Source of the DNA: Wenzhouxiangella sp.
GTDB taxonomy: Bacteria; Pseudomonadota; Gammaproteobacteria; Xanthomonadales; Wenzhouxiangellaceae
DNA length: 64,000 nt
Direction: 5' to 3'
Assembly (NCBI GenBank): GCA_965655975.1
Contig: CBFHIS010000004.1
Span: forward strand, 4,428 to 68,427
Shown here: positions 1 to 9,560 of the stretch, piece after piece
Numbering within the stretch: position 1 is the first letter of the stretch
How the letters are laid out: every line of letters starts with the position of its first letter
Notes under the pieces: model-generated
Databases searched by the model: none
The model's input: only the letters and a program-made list of their open reading frames with translations
Told to the model about the DNA's origin: nothing
Translations under genes and position numbers: made by a program

Positions 1-9
1 ATCGATGCG

Positions 10-249
10 GTGGCCGCACAAACCTGGCCGGCAAACGATAACCCACTGGTCAATGCACCACACACGTTACAAGAGCTCAGTGCTGACGAATGGACGCATC
101 CCTACACCAGATCACAAGCAGGCTGGCCCGTGGAAAGTCTCCGAACAAACAAGTTCTTTGCTTCTGTGGGGCGTGTTGACAACGTGCATGGCGATCGCCA
201 CTTGGTCTGCACCTGCCCGCCAATGGAAGTTTACTTAAAAGCCAGCTAA
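10..249 (+). CDS. gcvP: Glycine dehydrogenase (GCS P protein), C-terminal fragment cut by the window edge
   Basis: NPLVNAPHT...YTRSQAGWP...KFFASVGRVDNVHGDRHLVCTCPP matches the GcvP C-terminus. Confidence 0.9.
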   Translation: MAAQTWPANDNPLVNAPHTLQELSADEWTHPYTRSQAGWPVESLRTNKFFASVGRVDNVHGDRHLVCTCPPMEVYLKAS

Positions 250-384
250 GAGCGTTCTCGGGGCCCCACCTGCTCCCACTGCCTCCAGGGGGCAAGGGGT
301 CGCGAAACAAATGCCTGAGGCGCTTATTCGTTGGTGAGCTGACCAATACGCACAGAGGCTGCTTCCTTCTTGCCCCAGCGACTG

Positions 385-2973
385 TTACTCAGCCGCCTCA
401 GACTCGCCTTCACTCAAGTCTTCCCCGTCGGAATTGTCGTCCTCGTCTGATGCCGCGATTCTTGCCAACCCAATGAGAGACTCATCCTCTGGCAAGCGAA
501 TCAGGGTCACCCCTTGAGTATTTCGACCCAACGTTGATATCTCAGCAACCGAGGTCCGAACGAGTGTGCCACCATTGGATGTCAGCATCACATCATCATC
601 ATCGTTCACTGAAAGTGCAGCCACCAAAGCGCCATTTCGGTCGGATGCTTGAATCCCGATCACGCCCTGCCCGCCGCGCTTGATAACTGGGAAATCTTCC
701 AAGCGAGTCCGTTTCCCATATCCATTGGCGGTGGCAAGAAGCACATCTTGCGCCTCGTCGGTTGTGACCAACATCGACACCACACGCTGGCCTTCCTTGA
801 GCTTGATGCCAACCACGCCTCGTGTCTGTCTCCCCATGGCTCTAACATCTTGTTCATTGAAACGAATCGTCTTGCCCGATGAAGAAAACAACAACACGTC
901 TCTTTGCCCATCGGTAAATGCAACATTTACAAGCTCATCTCCAGCGTCCAAAAGAATGGCCCAAATGCCATTGGCACGAATGTTTGCAAAGTCACTCAAC
1001 GCCGTCTTCTTAACGCGACCAGACTGGGTCGCGAAGAAAACAAACCAATCCTCAGGAAACTCGCGGGTCGGCAAGATGGCGTTGATGCGCTCGCCCTCAT
1101 CCAAGGGCAGCAGGTTGACCATGGGTCGGCCACGGCTTTGCGGGCCAGCCTGTGGCAATTCGTAAACCTTGGTCTTATAGACCTTGCCAGCGCTGGTGAA
1201 AATCAGCAATGTGTCATGGGTATTGGTGACCCAGAAACGCTCAACAAAATCTTCATCTTTTGTCTTGGTCGCACTTCGGCCACGCCCACCTCTGCGTTGC
1301 GCGCGATAACGATCGAGTGGCTGGTATTTGGCATAGCCTGCATGCGACAAGGTCACCACCACATCCTCTGGCGTGATCAAGTCCTCCATGGTGAGGTCTA
1401 GATGCGTTTCAACAATCTCAGAGCGTCTGGCGTCACCAAATTGGTCTTTGAGTGCATTGAGCTCATCTCGGATCACCTGCATCAAGGCATCTGGCTCAGA
1501 GAGTATGCGCATCAACTCCTGAATTTGGCCAAGAATTTCTTGATACTCATCGGAGAGCTTCTCTTGCTCGAGGCCAGTGAGCTTTTGCAAGCGCAAGTCA
1601 AGTATCGCTTGCGCTTGTGCTGGAGAGAGTTGATACCCAGCCTCACTCAACCCGAACTCAGGCGCCAAATCCTCTGGTCTGGATAACTCAGCGCCAGCTC
1701 GGCCGAGCAAAGACTGAACAATCGAGCCATCCCAACGACGAGACTGAAGGCCCTCACGCGCTTCAACAGGCGTTGGGGAACCCTTAATCAGTGCAATGAT
1801 CTCATCCAGATTGGCCAAAGCCACCGTGAGCCCTTCCAGGATATGGGCGCGCTCTCTCGCTTTACGAAGCTCGAATAGGCTCCGCTTGGTTACAACGTCC
1901 CGACGATGGGCCAAAAAAGCCTGGAGCATTTGTTGGATGTTGAGCAACTTGGGTTGCCCATCCACCAATGCGACCATGTTGATACCAAAAACACTCTGCA
2001 GCGGCGTGAGTTGATAGAGGTTATTCAAAATCACCTCGGCAACCTCTCCACGCTTGAGCTCAACCACCATCCGCATGCCATCTTTATCGGACTCATCGCG
2101 GAGTTCAGAAATGCCTTCTAAGCGCTTTGCCCTCACCAGATCAGCAATTTTCTCAAGCAATCGGGCTTTGTTCACCTGGTAAGGCAGCTCGGTCACGACA
2201 ATGCGGCTCCGCCCATTGTCATCGGTCTCTACATGGGACCTGGCCCGCATATAGACGCGGCCTCGGCCTGTGCGATAGGCCTCATGGATCCCGGCCACCC
2301 CATTGATGATGCCAGCGGTTGGGAAATCTGGGCCTGGAAGATGAGACATGATGCCTTCGATATCCATCTCCGGATCATCGATCATGGCCAACAGCGCGGC
2401 GATCACCTCGCTTAGATTGTGCGGTGGAATGTTGGTGGCCATGCCAACGGCAATCCCTGAGGCACCATTGATTAAGAGATTTGGGACCCGGGTGGGTAAC
2501 ACCACCGGCTCATTCTCTGACTCATCGTAGTTGGGGCTGAAATTGACCGTTTGCTTGTCAATGTCTGCCAGCATCTCGTGCGCCAGCCGGTCCATGCGGA
2601 CTTCCGTGTAACGCATGGCCGCCGGTGAGTCGCCGTCGATGGAGCCAAAGTTACCTTGACCATCGACGAGCATGTAACGCATCGAAAATGGTTGCGCCAT
2701 TCGAACGATGGTGTCGTACACAGCAGTATCGCCATGGGGGTGATATTTACCAATCACATCACCGACCACACGCGCCGATTTCTTGTACGGTTTGTTGTAG
2801 TCATTACCCAATTCGTGCATGGCAAATAACACACGTCGATGGACCGGTTTGAGCCCATCGCGAACATCGGGTAAGGCTCGACCCACGATGACGCTCATCG
2901 CATAGTCGAGATAAGATTGCCGCATTTCGTCTTCCAGGTTGACCTGGAGCACTTCCCGTGCCAATTCTGCCAT
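385..2973 (-). CDS. gyrA: DNA gyrase subunit A
   Basis: [27 protein letters not shown] catalytic Tyr, GyrA-box QRRGGRG, beta-pinwheel repeats, acidic tail. Confidence 0.99.
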   Translation of the reverse strand: MAELAREVLQVNLEDEMRQSYLDYAMSVIVGRALPDVRDGLKPVHRRVLFAMHELGNDYNKPYKKSARVVGDVIGKYHPHGDTAVYDTIVRMAQPFSMRYMLVDGQGNFGSIDGDSPAAMRYTEVRMDRLAHEMLADIDKQTVNFSPNYDESENEPVVLPTRVPNLLINGASGIAVGMATNIPPHNLSEVIAALLAMIDDPEMDIEGIMSHLPGPDFPTAGIINGVAGIHEAYRTGRGRVYMRARSHVETDDNGRSRIVVTELPYQVNKARLLEKIADLVRAKRLEGISELRDESDKDGMRMVVELKRGEVAEVILNNLYQLTPLQSVFGINMVALVDGQPKLLNIQQMLQAFLAHRRDVVTKRSLFELRKARERAHILEGLTVALANLDEIIALIKGSPTPVEAREGLQSRRWDGSIVQSLLGRAGAELSRPEDLAPEFGLSEAGYQLSPAQAQAILDLRLQKLTGLEQEKLSDEYQEILGQIQELMRILSEPDALMQVIRDELNALKDQFGDARRSEIVETHLDLTMEDLITPEDVVVTLSHAGYAKYQPLDRYRAQRRGGRGRSATKTKDEDFVERFWVTNTHDTLLIFTSAGKVYKTKVYELPQAGPQSRGRPMVNLLPLDEGERINAILPTREFPEDWFVFFATQSGRVKKTALSDFANIRANGIWAILLDAGDELVNVAFTDGQRDVLLFSSSGKTIRFNEQDVRAMGRQTRGVVGIKLKEGQRVVSMLVTTDEAQDVLLATANGYGKRTRLEDFPVIKRGGQGVIGIQASDRNGALVAALSVNDDDDVMLTSNGGTLVRTSVAEISTLGRNTQGVTLIRLPEDESLIGLARIAASDEDDNSDGEDLSEGESEAAE

Positions 2974-3183
2974 CTGGGGGATCCTATTCTACGCCGAAGA
3001 TCTCACTATAAATTACTGAAAAATATACTTTTTTATTCTTGTTTTGGCCCAAGGTTTTCAGCAAGAAATTCAAGCCATTTCAAGCTTTAAATTTTACCAT
3101 ATTTCGCCCAAAAACAGTAGCTGATGACGCCCTCGATTGCGCGCCTCGCCACCCACCAGATAAACTCAAGTATCATTGGTGCT

Positions 3184-3192
3184 TGTTAAAAT
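3184..3192 (+). promoter_or_regulatory. Extended -10 sigma70 promoter (TG-T-TAAAAT) for ppi-lpxH
   Basis: TGTTAAAAT at 3184-3192 in an AT-rich divergent gap; SD AAGGA at 3216-3220 before ATG 3230. Confidence 0.5.
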
Positions 3193-3229
3193 TGACATAA
3201 GCCAAAACCTAGCCAAAGGAAGCTAAATC

Positions 3230-3862
3230 ATGACATCTTTTAGGATCTTATTGAGTGCCCTTGCATTGGCTTTTCCCTTGGGCGTAGTGGCGCAATCGTC
3301 GACCAATGATGAGCCAGCCGATACGACCGCACCAATGACTCAAATAGAGGAAAACCCGACTGTGATCTTACACACCAATTTTGGCATCATCGAACTCGAG
3401 TTATTTGCTGACAAGGCGCCGAAGTCTGTCGAGAACTTCATCGCCTATGTCGAATCAGGCCACTATGACAACACTTTGTTTCATCGAGTGATCCCCAACT
3501 TCATGATTCAAGGCGGCGGCTTTGACTTGGATTTTCAGCAAAAGCCAACCAATGAGCCTGTGGTTAATGAAGCCGACAATGGGTTGAGCAACACCCGAGG
3601 CACGCTTGCAATGGCGCGGACAATGTCACCGCATTCAGCCACCGCGCAGTTCTTCATTAATGTTCAAGACAACACCTTCCTTGACCACCAAGGCACCTAT
3701 TCTGGCCAGGCCTGGGGATATGCGGTCTTCGGCCAAGTGGCTCAAGGAATGGAGGTGGTTGACGCCATTCGCCAAGTCCCAACAGGCCGAAAATCAGGCC
3801 ATCAAGATGTACCAATCGAGCCAGTCATCATAGAGCGGGTCGAGATCAACGCTGAGAATTGA
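3230..3862 (+). CDS. Cyclophilin-type peptidyl-prolyl isomerase with N-terminal signal peptide
   Basis: FHRVIPNFMIQGGG, RGTLAMART, SATAQFFIN, GYAVFG; hydrophobic N-terminus ending VVA-Q; adjacent to lpxH, as ppiB is. Confidence 0.95.
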   Translation: MTSFRILLSALALAFPLGVVAQSSTNDEPADTTAPMTQIEENPTVILHTNFGIIELELFADKAPKSVENFIAYVESGHYDNTLFHRVIPNFMIQGGGFDLDFQQKPTNEPVVNEADNGLSNTRGTLAMARTMSPHSATAQFFINVQDNTFLDHQGTYSGQAWGYAVFGQVAQGMEVVDAIRQVPTGRKSGHQDVPIEPVIIERVEINAEN

Positions 3863-4683
3863 TTGGCAATTCTCAATTGGCACTTCTCAAGCCCAATCTT
3901 CCACTCTATGTGATTGCGGATTTACATCTCGGTGGCGGCTCTGCTGCCACCGAGGGGCTGTTTTACGCATTCCTTAAATCCCTCGAGCCAGAGGAGAACT
4001 CACTTTTAATTTTGGGTGACTTGTTTGAAGTCTGGACGGGCGACGATGTCCGCTCACCATTGAGTAGGAAAGTCGCTGACAAACTCAAAGCCTTAAGCCA
4101 GACAGGAACAGCCATTTACTTTGTGCATGGCAACCGTGACTTCCTCATCAAACAAAGCTATGCCGACGCATGTGGCATGGTCTTATTGGATGAGCCTGCC
4201 ATCATTTCAGACACAAACCCAACCACCGGCTTTATTCATGGCGACGCTTTGTGTACAGGAGATAAGGCCTTTCAGCGTTTTCGTCAGAAATCGCGGTCTC
4301 CGAGCTGGCAACGTCGCATCCTAAGCCTGCCCCGCTTTTTACGCGAATGGCTCGGCAAATGGGCAAGGTGGAGAAGCAGGCAGCATGGCAGACGCGCAAC
4401 CCAACAACAGCCAACGATTGCCGATGTGAACCCCGAAGAAGTCTCTCATTTCATGCAACGACATGATATTTCCCGATTGGTGCATGGCCACACCCATCGC
4501 CTAGCGGTGCATCCCGAACCCGCAGGGCCTGGTACTCAACGCTGGGTATTGAGTGACTGGCATGATGGCCGAGGCTCTGTGATCATACTTGCCCAAACAA
4601 ATGCCTCCATGCATACCATCGAGCTCATGCCATCGGATCAGATACAGTGGTCAACAGCGCCCGTGCCACCCCTCGCCCGCTAA
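3859..4683 (+). CDS. lpxH: UDP-2,3-diacylglucosamine hydrolase
   Basis: Metallophosphoesterase motifs ADLHL, GDLF, GNRD, HGD, HGHTH; follows ppi with TTGA overlap. Confidence 0.9.
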   Translation: MIGNSQLALLKPNLPLYVIADLHLGGGSAATEGLFYAFLKSLEPEENSLLILGDLFEVWTGDDVRSPLSRKVADKLKALSQTGTAIYFVHGNRDFLIKQSYADACGMVLLDEPAIISDTNPTTGFIHGDALCTGDKAFQRFRQKSRSPSWQRRILSLPRFLREWLGKWARWRSRQHGRRATQQQPTIADVNPEEVSHFMQRHDISRLVHGHTHRLAVHPEPAGPGTQRWVLSDWHDGRGSVIILAQTNASMHTIELMPSDQIQWSTAPVPPLAR

Positions 4684-5644
4684 GCCAAGCACCCTCGACG
4701 CGGTTGCCGTTGCACCAATCGCCAGCCACCCACACCCGTCTATTTTTGTCAGCCAAATAGCCTTGCTCCAGAGGCTCTGGGCTCTGTGCGTAGCGCCAAC
4801 GATGTGCCTGCATCAAAGTGGGCGCTTGATCGATGCTCCCGACCAACTCAAGCCAAGCTTGATATAACTTTGAAGCCACTTCGCTTTGTGCTGCCTCAAG
4901 GTGTGCGTCTGACCATTGTGCTGTGGCATGTAAGACCCAAGCCTCGCCAGTACGGCCTGGTTTCGTGCTCTGCCGACAAAACCATGAAAGCGGGCCATCA
5001 TTGACAAAGCCTGCCGAGACATCCAAACCCAATGGTTGATCAAAACCAAGCATCAACGCCAATGTTGGCGTCATGGCGTGGGCATCTAGAACTGGGAAAA
5101 GCGCACTGCCTTTGCCCAATAAAGCCGCACTTTGGGCAGGTGGGGCGGTGAGGACCAGCTGCTTGGCCAAAAACACGTGCGCTTGCTCACCCACTAGAGC
5201 CTCAACGTGCCAACCATCCTCCGTCGGAGTCAGCGCTGTCACGGTGTGTTGATAGCGGGTCTCAAGGGTCTGCGAGATGGCCTTGAGGACCGCATTGTTT
5301 CCAGGCACACCTACCCACCGGGTCACTGACCCCTCTTTGTCCAATCGTGACAGATGTCCGGGTCGTTGGCCAAACACCGCGATGGGCTCTGACCACGAGC
5401 TCACCAGGCCGAGTTCACACCATTTGGCCAAAGAGGACTGAAAAGCGTCAGAGTAGGCTGTGAAGTATTGGGCGCCGTGATCAAAGGACCAATCGTTGTG
5501 CCGTCGAGTGGCCGAACGCCCCCCGGGCCCCCTGGCTTTTTCTAGCACTAAAACCGATCGACCTGAGGCCTGCAACGCATCAGCTGCAGCCAGCCCAGCC
5601 CAGCCGGCCCCAACCACGAGCACATCCCATCGCCGTTCGCTCAT
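4625..5644 (-). CDS. Renalase-like NAD(P)/FAD-dependent oxidoreductase
   Basis: GAGWAG Rossmann motif, [32 protein letters not shown]...RVEGAWLSG. Confidence 0.88.
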   Translation of the reverse strand: MSERRWDVLVVGAGWAGLAAADALQASGRSVLVLEKARGPGGRSATRRHNDWSFDHGAQYFTAYSDAFQSSLAKWCELGLVSSWSEPIAVFGQRPGHLSRLDKEGSVTRWVGVPGNNAVLKAISQTLETRYQHTVTALTPTEDGWHVEALVGEQAHVFLAKQLVLTAPPAQSAALLGKGSALFPVLDAHAMTPTLALMLGFDQPLGLDVSAGFVNDGPLSWFCRQSTKPGRTGEAWVLHATAQWSDAHLEAAQSEVASKLYQAWLELVGSIDQAPTLMQAHRWRYAQSPEPLEQGYLADKNRRVWVAGDWCNGNRVEGAWLSGRGVARALLTTVSDPMA

Positions 5645-7227
5645 TCCTGGCTTATATTTTCCGGCCGCAGATACGGGAACAGCAACACATCTCGAATGGA
5701 AGCGGAGTCTGTTAACAACATCACCAATCGGTCGATCCCAATCCCCTCTCCGGCCGTTGGTGGCAACCCATACTCAAGCGCTCGAATATAGTCATGATCC
5801 AAGTGCATGGCCTCGTCATCGCCAGCATCTCTGGCTTGTACCTGCGCCTTGAAGCGTGCCTCCTGATCTTCTGGGTCATTGAGCTCAGAGAAGCCATTGG
5901 CGATCTCGCGACCTGCGACAAACAACTCAAATCGATCAGCCAACTCAGGGTCCTGGTCATTCCGGCGCGACAAAGGAGAAACTTCGATGGGATACCCCGT
6001 AACAAACGTCGGCTGAACGAGCGTTGACTCAACCGCTGTGTCAAATAATTCCATCAGCAGCCGCCCCCAACCCCAATCTTTCTCAGCCTTGATATTTAAA
6101 TCAGCACATAAGCTTCGCAGGGTCGCTTCATCCCGATTCCGATCTGATTTCAACACCGGAAAATGCTCGGCAACCGCATCTTCAACACTCACGCGCCGAA
6201 AGGGGCTGTTAAAGTCAATGCGCTCATCTTGATAAGAAACCACTCCAGCCTCGCCGACACCGACCTCAAGCACCACGGCACTCAGAAGTGACTCGGTGAA
6301 ATTCATTAGATCGTGATAATCGGCATGCGCCCAGTAAAACTCAAGCATTGTAAATTCCGGATTGTGCCGGGTGGATACACCCTCGTTCCGGAAGTTTCTG
6401 TTGATCTCATAGACTTTATCCAGTCCACCGACCACCAAGCGCTTGAGGTAGAGCTCAGGCGCGACACGGAGATATAGATCCAGATCCAATGCGTTGTGAT
6501 GCGTCACAAAAGGCTTGGCTGTTGCCCCGCCGGGAATGTAGTGCATCATGGGCGTTTCAACCTCCAAAAACCCATGCTCGTCCAAGAAGCGACGAATCCC
6601 TCTGACCACCATCGAGCGTGTCTCGAATGTCTCTCTGACCTCGGGATTTACAATCAAATCAACATAACGCTGGCGGTAGCGGGTTTGTTGATCCGACAAG
6701 CCGTGCCACTTTTCTGGCAATGGCCTCAGTGACTTCGTTAACAATTGAATCTCAAAGGCGTGCACACTCAACTCACCTGTCTTTGTCCGCATTAAGCGCC
6801 CACGCACACCGACAATGTCACCGATGTCCCACTGCTTAAACTCGGCATAGTGGCCCTCAGGCAAGTCATCGCGCCTGACATAAACCTGAATGCGTTGGCC
6901 GGACCCGTCTTGGATGTGGAAAAAGCTGGCCTTGCCCATGATTCGTCGGGTCATGATGCGCCCAGCCAAACTAAACTCTTCCTCGATCCCCTCGAGGCGA
7001 GCGGCATCATAGGTTTCAGCATCGCCATAGGTCGCGAGCAATCGCCCGGCATTGTGTGAGATGCGCCAGCCATTTGGAAACGCCGAGCCTTCTCCACTGT
7101 GCTCCCGCAAACGAGTCAACTTTGCACGACGCTCTGCAATCAGACGATTTTCATCCACCTGAGGCTCCAACTCGTTTGAGCTGACTTCATCGGTCATGAG
7201 ACTTGAGCTCCAATAATCATCAATCAT
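5641..7227 (-). CDS. lysS: Lysyl-tRNA synthetase, class II (true start may be ATG 7197)
   Basis: OB-fold [20 protein letters not shown]...[22 protein letters not shown]. Confidence 0.98.
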   Translation of the reverse strand: MIDDYWSSSLMTDEVSSNELEPQVDENRLIAERRAKLTRLREHSGEGSAFPNGWRISHNAGRLLATYGDAETYDAARLEGIEEEFSLAGRIMTRRIMGKASFFHIQDGSGQRIQVYVRRDDLPEGHYAEFKQWDIGDIVGVRGRLMRTKTGELSVHAFEIQLLTKSLRPLPEKWHGLSDQQTRYRQRYVDLIVNPEVRETFETRSMVVRGIRRFLDEHGFLEVETPMMHYIPGGATAKPFVTHHNALDLDLYLRVAPELYLKRLVVGGLDKVYEINRNFRNEGVSTRHNPEFTMLEFYWAHADYHDLMNFTESLLSAVVLEVGVGEAGVVSYQDERIDFNSPFRRVSVEDAVAEHFPVLKSDRNRDEATLRSLCADLNIKAEKDWGWGRLLMELFDTAVESTLVQPTFVTGYPIEVSPLSRRNDQDPELADRFELFVAGREIANGFSELNDPEDQEARFKAQVQARDAGDDEAMHLDHDYIRALEYGLPPTAGEGIGIDRLVMLLTDSASIRDVLLFPYLRPENISQE

Positions 7228-7266
7228 TCAACCTTCTATTTTAACTTTACTCACGATGGATGACGC

Positions 7267-8365
7267 TTATTGCAACCCCATCTTGAGTGAAGCCGCCACA
7301 AATTCATCCAAATCTCCATCGAGGACCTTTTGTGTATCGGTCCGCTCAACACCCGTTCGAATGTCCTTGATGCGAGACTGATCAAGAACATAGTTTCTGA
7401 TTTGACTGCCCCAGCCGATATCCGCCTTCTCGGCTTCTGTGGCTTGTGCGGCTTCTCTTTGTTTGAGTAGCTCGAGCTCATAGAGCTTGGCCCTAAGCTG
7501 AGCCATGGCTCGGTCTTTGTTTTTGTGCTGCGAACGATCGGTTTGGCACTGCACCACGACACCAGTTGGCTCATGCGTGATCCGAACAGCAGATTCTGTT
7601 CGGTTCACGTGCTGACCACCAGCGCCTGAGGCGCGGTACACATCAATCCGCAAGTCAGATGGGTCGATGTCAATCTCAATGCTGTCATCGATTTCGGGGG
7701 ACACAAACACGCTGGCAAAAGAGGTATGGCGACGGTTACCTGAGTCAAAAGGAGATTTTCTCACCAGTCGATGCACACCAATCTCGGTTCGACACCAGCC
7801 ATAAGCAAACTCACCCTCGACTCGGATTGTGGCACTTTTTATGCCCGCCACCTCACCAGCAGAGACCTCGACCAGCTCGACTTGCCAACCACGTTGCTCT
7901 GCCCAGCGAAGATACATTCGGAGCAGCATCTCTGCCCAATCTTGAGCCTCAGTCCCCCCTGACCCTGCTTGTATGTCGATAAAACAGGGACGATCGTCCA
8001 TGTCACCAGCGAACATGCGCTGAAACTCGAGTTGCGCAACGGATGCCTCAATGGTCAGTAAATCAGACCCCACCGATTGAAGTGTCTCATCATCCCCCTC
8101 AGCGGCAGCCAACTCCAGAAGCTCAGCCGCCTCGGCCACGCCATGAATGACCTGCGACTGTGCACTCACCGATTTTTCAAGATCGGCCCGCTCTTTGCCG
8201 AGCTTCTGTGCATGTTCTGGATCATTCCAGATACCGGGCTGCTCAAGCTCGCGGGTCAGCTCCTCTAATTTTTCACGTTTGCCATCGTAGTCAAAGATAC
8301 CCCCTCAGCGCATCAACTCTGCGCTCCAGGTCATCCAAGAGGTTTTTTGTTGCTGTCAATTCCAT
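7267..8365 (-). CDS. prfB: Peptide chain release factor 2, translated through a +1 programmed frameshift
   Basis: ATG 8365 [24 protein letters not shown], then CTT-TGA-C, continuing in +1 frame [12 protein letters not shown] into the ORF with SPF and GGQ motifs. Confidence 0.97.
8290..8305 (-). promoter_or_regulatory. prfB +1 frameshift cassette (internal SD, slippery site and stop)
   Basis: Minus-strand AGGGGGTATCTTTGAC, the canonical RF2 autoregulatory site. Confidence 0.97.
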
Positions 8366-8570
8366 GGTCGATCCCAAATAGTTAGAGCAATTTAAGGTGT
8401 GAGTGTACTCGCCACGCCCATCGCAGTGGCCAAAAACGCGCTAAAACACGGCCAATTCACACCCAAATTGAACAAAATTTTCACAAGATCTCGACAGACT
8501 CGACGCTTTTCAGGCCTAAATATCTGATTTTAGGACTGATCCGAGGCCACACACCCAAGCCGTGCTTACC

Positions 8571-8599
8571 TTGACATCTCAGAGTGGCAGGCGTACTGT
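8571..8599 (+). promoter_or_regulatory. Sigma70 promoter of the rhodopsin gene
   Basis: TTGACA (8571-8576), 17-nt spacer, TACTGT (8594-8599); predicts a start near 8605 and a ~120-nt leader. Confidence 0.75.
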
Positions 8600-8727
8600 G
8601 TCGAACCAAGGCATGTCAATCAATGAACTATAGTGCATGCCGAAGTGGACGACTGGCGATTCCCGCTTCGGGGTAAGTGATCCGGAATCTCCAGCTCACA
8701 TTAAGCCTGTCAATGGGAGATTGATCT

Positions 8728-9474
8728 ATGGAACTTACTTTTGGCCAATATGAACTGATCTACAACGCGTTTTCATTCGGTGTAGCGACGTTCTTTGCTG
8801 CAACCTTGTATTTCTGGCTGGGCTTGTCTCAAGTCGCTAAGGAATATAAGACTGCGGTCATCATCACGGGTCTTGTGACCTTTATTGCTGGTTACCACTA
8901 CTGGAGAATCTTTGGTAGCTGGGGCGATGCATACACAGCTGTTAACGGAACCGTCGAGTCGACTGGTGTCGCATTCAACGTTGCCTATCGTTATGTCGAT
9001 TGGCTGTTGACCGTACCATTGCTGTTGATCGAATTGATCTTGGTCATGGGCTTGTCAAAGTCTGAGACTGTGCGTAAGAGCGTTTCGCTCGGTGGCGCAG
9101 CTGCCCTGATGATCATCCTCGGTTACCCAGGTGAGGTATCTGGTGGCATCGACGGCACCCGCATGTTGTGGGGCGTCCTGTCAATGATTCCATTCCTCTA
9201 CATTGTCTACAACCTGTTTGTTGGCCTGTCTGATTCAATCAACAGCCAACCTGCAGAAGTTCGTGGACTGATCAGCACAGCACGTTGGATCGTTATCCTC
9301 TCTTGGTCCTTCTACCCTGTGGTTTACTTCCTACCGTTTGTCATTCAAATGGACGGTGGCACAGCCAAAGCTGTGATTGAAGTGGGCTACACCGCTGCTG
9401 ACATCATCGCGAAAGCGGCCTTTGGTGTATTGATCTTCACCATCGCTGTTCGCAAATCACGTGGTGCTGCGTAA
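8728..9474 (+). CDS. Xanthorhodopsin-type light-driven proton pump (DTE motif)
   Basis: 7-TM; YHY (H57), YRYVDWLLTVPLLLIE (D91, T95, L99, E102), LGYPGE, LWG (G149), DIIAK (D225, K229 Schiff base); colinear with Salinibacter xanthorhodopsin as recalled. Confidence 0.96.
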   Translation: MELTFGQYELIYNAFSFGVATFFAATLYFWLGLSQVAKEYKTAVIITGLVTFIAGYHYWRIFGSWGDAYTAVNGTVESTGVAFNVAYRYVDWLLTVPLLLIELILVMGLSKSETVRKSVSLGGAAALMIILGYPGEVSGGIDGTRMLWGVLSMIPFLYIVYNLFVGLSDSINSQPAEVRGLISTARWIVILSWSFYPVVYFLPFVIQMDGGTAKAVIEVGYTAADIIAKAAFGVLIFTIAVRKSRGAA

Positions 9475-9524
9475 GGATCCCTAAGGGTCCTTAAAACGGA
9501 GCCATCACTCTAGTGATGAAGAAC

Positions 9525-9560
9525 AATCCCCGGTCAAATTACTTGGCCGGGGATTTTTTT
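9525..9560 (+). terminator. Rho-independent terminator between rhodopsin and crtE
   Basis: AATCCCCGGTCAA-ATTAC-TTGGCCGGGGATT: 13-bp stem with one G-U, running into a T7 tract (9554-9560). Confidence 0.85.

Noticed and set aside
289-376. tRNA-sized stem (88 nt)
   Set aside because: No T-loop TTCGA, D-arm or anticodon arm in the correct positions on either strand
355-380. SRP RNA (ffs)-like GAAGGAAGCAGCC on the minus strand
   Set aside because: The upstream CAGG-TCC half of helix 8 is absent and there is no room for the 5' arm before the gyrA stop
3192-3197. Perfect TTGACA upstream of ppi
   Set aside because: No -10 hexamer at 16-18 nt; it overlaps a better extended -10
8637-8756. 39-codon uORF overlapping the rhodopsin start
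   Set aside because: No SD, no recognisable content; likely chance
8728-9474. Na+ or Cl- pumping rhodopsin
   Set aside because: Helix C triad is D-T-E, not NDQ or NTQ
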